20,069 nt of DNA, taken from positions 1,116,001-1,136,069 of the forward strand of contig BROI01000007.1 of assembly GCA_027923505.1 (NCBI GenBank), written 5' to 3'. This document shows, in pieces, positions 1-6,628 of the stretch. Under the pieces are notes generated by a model. It searched no databases. It was given only the letters and a program-made list of their open reading frames with translations, and had not been told where the DNA came from. The translations under genes were made by a program, and so were the position numbers. This DNA comes from Mayamaea pseudoterrestris (taxonomy: Eukaryota). Every line of letters begins with the position of its first letter. Within the stretch, counting starts at the first letter, position 1.

Positions 1-3000
1 TGGGATAATCTTTCCGATTCAGAGGAGGAAATTGTTATTGGCGAGGCCGTCATTGAGCGCCCAGAGCTGCTTGTAGGGACCGCTTTTGATGACAGCATTA
101 GCAGAGACACATATTTTGACGAACATCAGTTTGGTTCGATTAATGGATTGCGAGTTGGCTATGGAAATCCTTGGGATGACTTATCCGACAACGAAGGAAC
201 TATGCCTGACGATGTCGCAACATTGGAAGAGTCAACGAAAGGGAAGCTCGGTAGGATGGTATCTGAGGTGCTTGGGGAAGAACTGGCTCCAACGTCCTAT
301 GCTGATGCACGCTCGCTATATGTTGCTGCCGTAAAACGTCTTGCACCTTCGGACATTCAACATGGTCTGAAAGGAGACGCCAAGAAAAATGCCCTACTGC
401 AAGAAGCTCGAAAGAAAGAAGAGTACGCCGTTTTGAAACGAACTTTTGATGCATATGAAATGGTTGCGCGTGATAAACCAATGAATGACAACGTTGGAGA
501 AGCAGAAGTTGCGAGAATTGAAGACCTTGCAGATACGAGCTGGGTAGGCTTTGCCAAGACGGTAATAAAACAAGCGGAAGCTGATGGCGATGCTAGCGAA
601 GAATATCAAGATGAGATTGATAAATGGAAAAGCGAAGCATTGCGAATGAAAGCGCTTGCCCTTGCTCGCAAACGCCGCAAGAAGCGCACAGTCACAAAAC
701 AGGAAGCTGCAATCGCCACAGCTGCTGCTGCTGGTTTCGACGATGGGGAGGATGACTACGATGAGCGAGTTTTTCGTTCGGTGGCCAATTGTCGTCCTGG
801 TATGGCAAGCCCATGGGATGATTTAAGTGATAACGAGGCTAACCTTAATTCTCTGGAACGTGGCAACAATGCTGAAGAGGAGGAAGAACCAGTATATGGC
901 GCAATAAATAGTTATCGCGTTGGAGGTCACAATCCCTGGGACGATTTATCAGATAATGAGGAAGAATCAGCGAAACCATCTGCGCCGCACGAAAAATGCT
1001 CTGATAAGCTCGTAAGTATTCTTGATCAAGTTAATGGCGAAAAAGCTATCACGAGAGATTATCATTCTTTGCGGAGTCGCTATATTCAAGCAGTTCATCA
1101 GTTGGCTCCGTCAAGAATTCCCGCGGGTTCCAGCTTTGCAGGCGCGAAGAATATGCTGTTGACGGAAGCCAAGAAGAAGGAGCAATACGAAACGCTGAAG
1201 AAGCAGTGGGACATTTACGAAATCACTACCAAAGATAAATTAGTAGGCGACATGGACGGCGAGAGAAAGGTCAACAGAGCTGAGGATCTCATCGACACTT
1301 GCTGGGTGGGCTTTGCGAAAACTGTTGTGGCCTGTGCGCAAGGAAGCCAAATGGATGCGGATTCCGAATACAAAGATGAAATTGACAAGTGGAAATCTGA
1401 AGCAAGGCGATTGAAAGCCCAAGCATTAAAAAGGAAACGACGCAAAGGTCGGAAATTCACAAAGAGAGAATCTGAGGAAGCACTTTCAGCCGAAAAAGCG
1501 CAAGACAATAGCAACTATGACGAGGAAATATACGTTCAAGTATGCGCATCAGCGGCCGACAAAAGCTTCGCCAACAATGTCGAGTTTGATCAATATGAGG
1601 ATCAAGTGTATGCGTCGTTAAGTTCGCTTCGACCGGGCATGGGCAACTTCTGGGATGATATTTCTGATTCTGAAGAGGATCCACAATCAAAGAAACTCGC
1701 AGACTTAAAAATAAAAGAAGAAACAAAGTCAACGGAGGCTCTCTCGGCCGTTATATCAACTGTATGTGGCGGTGACAGTGTTGTGAAGAGCTACAGTTCC
1801 GCCCGATCACTTTACGTAAAAGCGTTGCAAAAGCTAGCCCCAGCAAAGCTGCCGAAAGCATCGGTAGGCATTGCAAAAAAGAACTTTCTGATAGAAGAGT
1901 CGAGGAAGAAAGATCTGTATGACAAGCTTACGGAGGCGTTCGATCGATATGAAATTAGTCTTGTCGAGCGACCACGAGATATTGAAGCTGAAAGGAAGTT
2001 GACGCAGGCCGATGACCTAGCCGTGAGGGCATGGGCTGGATTTGCAAAAACAGTAGTCCAATTGGCCGCCAAGGAAGACCACCATGAAGATGACGACTAC
2101 AACGATGAGGTTGCTCGATGGAAGGCAGAAGCCGAGTCATTAAAAGCGAAAGCACTGGCTAGAAAACGTCGGAAGAAAAGAAAAGTCACCAAAGATGAAG
2201 CGGCAGCTGCCGCCGCTGCGTCAGCAGGCTTGAATGACCGTGAGGATTCTCTAGACCAGCAAGTGTATCACCAAGTCAGTCAAATGCAACGCACTGGAGT
2301 TGAAGTCGTTGAGGATGATGCGCTTGCATACGCCGAACAAATATATGGCTCAATCAGTTCATCGCGACCAGGTATGACTAATCCTTGGGATGATCTTTCC
2401 GATGCATCAGAGGAGGAATTCATTTTCGCTAAAGAGAAAACGTTGCGCCCAGATCTAATCGAAGGAACAGTATTTCACGACAGCGACTCGGGCAATGGGC
2501 TGTACGACGAATATCGATACGCATCGACGATTAGCGGTCTTAGGGCTGGGCAAGGTAATCCATGGGATGATCTTTCTGATAACGACGAATTACTGGTCGC
2601 TGAAACTATACAAAGTGAGGAAAAAGCCACGTCGAAGCTTTCCGCGATGATAACAGAGGTGCTTGGTAATTCACTTCCTTTGACTAACTTATCCCGAGCA
2701 CGTACTCGCTACATAGAAGCCGTTAAAAAATTGGCTCCTGCGGAAGTTCCCATCAACATAAAAGGGAAGGGGAAGGCCAAGCTGCTTCGACAAGAAGCCA
2801 TGAAACGAGAAAAGTTCAAAGCAATAAAAGACGCTTTTGACAAGTTCGAAGTATTCGCAATCAAAAAGTCTAACAACGAGAAAGGCGTGGAAACGAACTT
2901 ACAAAAGGTTGAAGATCGTCTTGATAAGGCCTGGTCTGGTTTTGCAAAGTCAGTTGTGAAAGCAGCAGAAGAAAGTGATGATACTGACGAGGAGTACAGG

Positions 3001-3340
3001 GATGAAGTGGATAAGTGGCGTGCAGAAGCCATGCGAATTAAGGCCCAAGCACTCGCACGGAAACGTCGTAAGAGATGCAAAGTCACAAAGAAAGAGACTG
3101 CAGCGGCCACGGCAGCAGCCGCTGGCTATGACGACGGCGAGGACGATGAAGATGATGAGGTCTATCGCTCGATTTCATTGTCCCGTCCAGGAATGCGCAA
3201 TCCATGGGACGAACTCAGCGATGATGAAACCGGACAGAACGAGGAGACACAATCTGAGGCGGAAGAAGAGCCGGTATACGGAGCAATAAACATTTCCAGA
3301 GCTGGTATGCGTAATCCTTGGGACGAATTGTCTGACGACG
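1..3340 (+). repeat. Nine dispersed copies of the short motif (V/I)Y-x-S-I-x3-R-(P/A/V)-G-x-x-N-P-W-D-(D/E)-L-S-D-x-E
   Basis: Trp codons of the motif at 1, 172, 814, 937, 1651 (NFWDDISD), 2386, 2563, 3205 and 3319, all in frame +1. Confidence 0.93.
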
Positions 3341-5307
3341 AAGCCGCGGACACTGCTAACGCCAGCGCCTTCGCGGATCATGGACAAAGCGCAGTTGACG
3401 AGCCTCAACATATACCTGAAAAGTCTTTGACTTTAAAAGAACGGCAGATTAAAGAATTGCTAGTGACGATTCTGACAGATATTGATCAGACGCTGGGCGC
3501 GTTTTCAGATTTTGCTGCATGTCGTTCCAATTATGTAGAAGCACTGCGCAAGCTATCACCGAAAACCATCTCATCATCATTAAAAGGAGAGAAGAAGACG
3601 GAACATCTAAGAAGCCTAGCCGAAAATAAAGCGAAGTACGAAAGTCTTAAAAACGCGTATGATGCTTACGAAGAACTGGCTAACGATAAAAAGGTCGATT
3701 TGCGCGTAAATGATGACATAGCTGCACTTGAAGACCATTTGGATGATTCATGGTTGGACTTTGCCAAAAACGTCGTCAACGGAAGTAAGGACGCCAGTGA
3801 CCATGACTCGGACTACGACGATGAGGTCGATAAATGGCGAGACGAAGCTCGGAGACTTAAAGCCGAGGCTATGAAACGGAAGAAATTGAAGGGACGTCGA
3901 GTATCTCCCGCCGATGCACAAGCCGGCAAAGATGCGCTCGCTGCCGTTTTAACGGACATTCACGGCAAGAATGTCAAGCTTTCAAATGACTATGCGGGAG
4001 CACAAACCCAGTTTATTGCTGCGGCCGAAATAGTCAAACCTGGCGCCTTTTCGGCTGACCTTCCAGTCAACAAGAAGAGAGAGGTTCTGAAGAAGGAAGC
4101 AGCCAAGAAACAAAAGTATGACGATCTCAAGGACGCGTGGGAGGTGTATGGGCATATTGCCGAAAACAGACCGGACTCCGACTCTGCTATCGGGAAGTCA
4201 CTTGAGACCAAAGTGGATAGGGCAGAAGATAAGATAGACGCGCTATGGGGATCGTTCGCTAAGAAAGTCGCCAAGCAGGCTGACTATGGAAGCGACAGTG
4301 AAAGCGACTCCGAATACGATGACGAATTGGATCGTTGGAAGCTTGAAGCGAAAAAACTCAAAGCTGACGCCGAGGCCAAGCGTGAGCGAAGAGCCGAGGA
4401 GGGCAAAGTTGTTCACAAAGATTTCGCTGACGAAAGCGGGGCTGACGAAGCGATAACATCAGTTTCCGAGAAGATACAACAAAAAGAGTCCAAAACAGCA
4501 ATCGAACAAAGCGAGTCTGAGCCGGATTTTGATGATGAGAGCGAAAGCGATGCAGACTCGTCAGATTCTGACAGCGATGGCTCGGAGCAGAAAAAGAAAA
4601 CCAAGAAGAAGGATGAGAAAAAGAAGAAGAAAAGAAAAGACGAGAAGAAGAAGAAGAAAAAGAAGAAAGAAAAGAAAGTTAAGAAAGACAAAATAAAGAA
4701 GAAATTGAAGGAGGATACGCTGGGCGAGACTCGCAACATGGACGGTACTCTGTGGAAGAATCCACTTCGCTTCTGGAAAAACAAGGCCAAGGTCGAAATC
4801 GAGGGCGCGGCGATCATAATGAGAGTGCCAGGTAGAACGGACTTTTGGCGCAAGACAGGCGGTGCATCGGTTGCCGATTCGGGCGCCTTCTACTGGCACA
4901 AGATCACTGGTAACTTTGAGCTGATCGTCAAGATTGCTTCCACCATGAGTAGTGATATGGACAAGGCTGGACTTATGATTCGCCTTGATGAATCTAATTA
5001 CATCATGACCGGTATGGAGGCGTTCGCGGGGCGAGTATACAACTCATCACTTGTAGCGATTGACGCGACAGATCAATCGCTCTGTCTTCTACCAAAAGGT
5101 GCTGAAAAGCAGGGTATCTGGTTTTGTTTCAAGCGCTATCACAACTCGTATGAGTGCTTCTACTCGTACGATGCCTTGGTGTGGTTTCAGACGCGTCAAG
5201 GAGTATTCACAGACCGACCAGTCCTTAGTGTCGGTATTGCTGCCGCTTGCCCCTCCGGCAACACATTCAAGGCTAATTTTGAATACTATCGGGTCAAAGC
5301 TGTATAG
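1..5307 (+). CDS. Giant repeat protein (5'-partial, >1768 aa): six helical repeat modules, nine (N)PWDDLSD motifs, acidic/Lys-rich block, C-terminal DUF1349 (Ree1-like concanavalin A-fold) domain
   Basis: Frame +1 is open from base 1 (tgg gat aat ctt tcc gat = WDNLSD...) to TAG at 5305-5307, so the TTG 'start' at 148 in the ORF track is internal. The last ~185 aa (4750-5304) carry DUF1349-type motifs: TDFWRKT, FY...TGNF, DKAGLMIRLDE, VGIAAACP.G..F.A.F. Confidence 0.9.
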   Translation, partial: WDNLSDSEEEIVIGEAVIERPELLVGTAFDDSISRDTYFDEHQFGSINGLRVGYGNPWDDLSDNEGTMPDDVATLEESTKGKLGRMVSEVLGEELAPTSYADARSLYVAAVKRLAPSDIQHGLKGDAKKNALLQEARKKEEYAVLKRTFDAYEMVARDKPMNDNVGEAEVARIEDLADTSWVGFAKTVIKQAEADGDASEEYQDEIDKWKSEALRMKALALARKRRKKRTVTKQEAAIATAAAAGFDDGEDDYDERVFRSVANCRPGMASPWDDLSDNEANLNSLERGNNAEEEEEPVYGAINSYRVGGHNPWDDLSDNEEESAKPSAPHEKCSDKLVSILDQVNGEKAITRDYHSLRSRYIQAVHQLAPSRIPAGSSFAGAKNMLLTEAKKKEQYETLKKQWDIYEITTKDKLVGDMDGERKVNRAEDLIDTCWVGFAKTVVACAQGSQMDADSEYKDEIDKWKSEARRLKAQALKRKRRKGRKFTKRESEEALSAEKAQDNSNYDEEIYVQVCASAADKSFANNVEFDQYEDQVYASLSSLRPGMGNFWDDISDSEEDPQSKKLADLKIKEETKSTEALSAVISTVCGGDSVVKSYSSARSLYVKALQKLAPAKLPKASVGIAKKNFLIEESRKKDLYDKLTEAFDRYEISLVERPRDIEAERKLTQADDLAVRAWAGFAKTVVQLAAKEDHHEDDDYNDEVARWKAEAESLKAKALARKRRKKRKVTKDEAAAAAAASAGLNDREDSLDQQVYHQVSQMQRTGVEVVEDDALAYAEQIYGSISSSRPGMTNPWDDLSDASEEEFIFAKEKTLRPDLIEGTVFHDSDSGNGLYDEYRYASTISGLRAGQGNPWDDLSDNDELLVAETIQSEEKATSKLSAMITEVLGNSLPLTNLSRARTRYIEAVKKLAPAEVPINIKGKGKAKLLRQEAMKREKFKAIKDAFDKFEVFAIKKSNNEKGVETNLQKVEDRLDKAWSGFAKSVVKAAEESDDTDEEYRDEVDKWRAEAMRIKAQALARKRRKRCKVTKKETAAATAAAAGYDDGEDDEDDEVYRSISLSRPGMRNPWDELSDDETGQNEETQSEAEEEPVYGAINISRAGMRNPWDELSDDEAADTANASAFADHGQSAVDEPQHIPEKSLTLKERQIKELLVTILTDIDQTLGAFSDFAACRSNYVEALRKLSPKTISSSLKGEKKTEHLRSLAENKAKYESLKNAYDAYEELANDKKVDLRVNDDIAALEDHLDDSWLDFAKNVVNGSKDASDHDSDYDDEVDKWRDEARRLKAEAMKRKKLKGRRVSPADAQAGKDALAAVLTDIHGKNVKLSNDYAGAQTQFIAAAEIVKPGAFSADLPVNKKREVLKKEAAKKQKYDDLKDAWEVYGHIAENRPDSDSAIGKSLETKVDRAEDKIDALWGSFAKKVAKQADYGSDSESDSEYDDELDRWKLEAKKLKADAEAKRERRAEEGKVVHKDFADESGADEAITSVSEKIQQKESKTAIEQSESEPDFDDESESDADSSDSDSDGSEQKKKTKKKDEKKKKKRKDEKKKKKKKKEKKVKKDKIKKKLKEDTLGETRNMDGTLWKNPLRFWKNKAKVEIEGAAIIMRVPGRTDFWRKTGGASVADSGAFYWHKITGNFELIVKIASTMSSDMDKAGLMIRLDESNYIMTGMEAFAGRVYNSSLVAIDATDQSLCLLPKGAEKQGIWFCFKRYHNSYECFYSYDALVWFQTRQGVFTDRPVLSVGIAAACPSGNTFKANFEYYRVKAV
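244..4390 (+). repeat. Six tandem ~150-160 aa helical modules within gene 1 (approx. 244-705, 1006-1470, 1738-2200, 2635-3097, 3448-3915, 3934-4390)
   Basis: Shared consensus L...Y..AR..Y..A...LAP...K...L..EA.KK..Y..LK..(F/W/Y)D.YE...ED..D..W.GFAK.VV..A...EY.DE(V/I)DKWK.EA..LKA.AL.RKRRK. The W of W-x-x-FAK lies at 541, 1303, 2032, 2932, 3751 and 4246. Confidence 0.92.
4510..4712 (+). repeat. Low-complexity acidic Ser/Asp/Glu block followed by a poly-Lys block (purine-rich AAG/AAA tract)
   Basis: SESEPDFDDESESDADSSDSDSDGSEQ then KKKTKKKDEKKKKKRKDEKKKKKKKKEKKVKKDKIKKKLKE. Confidence 0.9.
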
Positions 5308-5627
5308 TTAAGCATAATGAGACACAGTCTTTCGCACTTCTAAGCATTGCTTTTGTAGTACGAAACATGCATGCTGCGCATAGATTGCCAAAATGTCGTT
5401 ATCGTTCGTCGTGGCTTTGCTAAAGGCGAAGCAATACTACTGATATATGCACACACGTCGGCTAAGAACTATATTTTGTAATTGAGCAGTGGATATGCAG
5501 ACTATTGTTAATACAAGCAACATTTACTACAAAAAAACGCAGAGAGTTGTCCAAGCAATTCGCTACCAAGCACCAACGCGCCTGTTGCGCGCGTTGGAAA
5601 TTAGCTCCAACCTCGATATAGAGATGG

Positions 5628-6218
5628 TCAAATGTTAATCTCTCTGTACTGATCAAAAGTGCATTTAAACTCCTTGCCCATGGGACAAGCAGCCGCAATG
5701 CCAACGTTCAGCACGGGTCGTTCCGTAAATATACATTCGCGAGTCTTGATCCATTCCTTTCCATCCACCGAGTACGAGCACGTGACTAGATTCTTGTACC
5801 GCCGAACGCATATCCAAACACCCTCCTGTTCAGCTCCGCCAGGCAGCAAGCTCAATGTCCAGTCAGTAAAGTCCTTGGTCACCGACGTGGAGTGGTGGCA
5901 ACGATCCTGGTAGTGCTCCAATCCTGACAAGATCCACTGCTCCTCATCGAGTCGAACCATGATTCCAGCCTTGTCGTAGTTGCTTTTGAATTCGGCGGAT
6001 ATTTTGGTGTACACTTCAAAGTCTCCAGTGACTTTATGCCAGTAAAAGGGTGCATTGTCAAGTATAAAGTTGCCACGAGTCTTTCGCCAATAGTCTGTCT
6101 TTTCGGGGACCTTGAAGACAATGGAAGTATCCTTCTCAATCACCTTTTTCACTGGTTTGTTTCGCCAAAACTTGAGTGGATTCTTCCAGTTATTAGCCAA
6201 GGCAGGGAGTTCGGGCAT
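5628..6218 (-). CDS. Stand-alone DUF1349 / Ree1-like concanavalin A-fold protein (196 aa)
   Basis: ATG-to-stop ORF with DUF1349 motifs TDYWRKT, DNAPFY, TGDFEV, YDKAGIMVRLDEEQW, TDWT, YSVDGKEW and VGIAAACP. Co-linear with the C-terminus of gene 1. Confidence 0.88.
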   Translation of the reverse strand: MPELPALANNWKNPLKFWRNKPVKKVIEKDTSIVFKVPEKTDYWRKTRGNFILDNAPFYWHKVTGDFEVYTKISAEFKSNYDKAGIMVRLDEEQWILSGLEHYQDRCHHSTSVTKDFTDWTLSLLPGGAEQEGVWICVRRYKNLVTCSYSVDGKEWIKTRECIFTERPVLNVGIAAACPMGKEFKCTFDQYREINI

Positions 6219-6270
6219 GATGCATGAACTCGATCGGCTATTTGAAACTTTGGATTCGAGGCAATTTAGG

Positions 6271-6288
6271 GGAGCGCACGGAGCGCAC
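6271..6288. repeat. 9-bp direct tandem repeat (GGAGCGCAC)x2 upstream of the DUF1349 gene
   Basis: ggagcgcac ggagcgcac seen directly, about 53 bp upstream of the ATG at 6218. Confidence 0.6.
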
Positions 6289-6628
6289 GTCGCTGTCAGT
6301 GCGAATTAATCAGTGCTGGTGATTACGAGGCGACAAAAACCCACTAAACTGTAGTTGTGTTGGCAGATTATATCGCAAAGTCTTTATACTTTGCGTCGTT
6401 TTCCTATTCGACGTCGTCGCTCGCTCGCTCGCGATGTTGTTGATGTGCCGGTCATCGCGGTCATGGTCATTAATGTTCGTTTCTGAAATTATGTCACAGT
6501 GAGTACCGTAGCGACATGTCGAAGTGTGACAGAAATCCAAGAGATCGACAGTTGAACGCTGCACAGCCTATTCGACGGAAGATTATCAACATTGAAACAC
6601 ACTTTTACTGTCGAGTGGCAAGACAGGA

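Noticed and set aside
148..150. TTG start of the 1719-aa ORF
   Set aside because: The frame is open to base 1 and the upstream codons encode another WDNLSD motif and a linker homologous to 2386-2560. The true start is outside the window.
883..906. EPVYG resembling the EPIYA phosphotyrosine motif (also at ~3268)
   Set aside because: Only two copies, part of the larger VY...NPWDD motif, and there is no evidence for SH2-type signalling here.
1..3340. Regularly recurring tgggatga/tgggacga as a CRISPR-like or DNA-level repeat array
   Set aside because: Copies vary at synonymous positions, are all in one frame and are irregularly spaced. The conservation is at protein level.
4590..4712. Polypurine tract as microsatellite or triplex-forming element
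   Set aside because: Fully explained by Lys/Glu codons in an open frame, with mixed AAA/AAG usage.
4413..4899. Minus-strand poly-Phe/Leu ORFs that look like membrane proteins
   Set aside because: They are the antisense shadow of the poly-Lys AAG/AAA tract.
6411..6433. Short (TCG)/(TCGC) iterations in the divergent intergenic region
   Set aside because: Too short to distinguish from ordinary simple-sequence noise.
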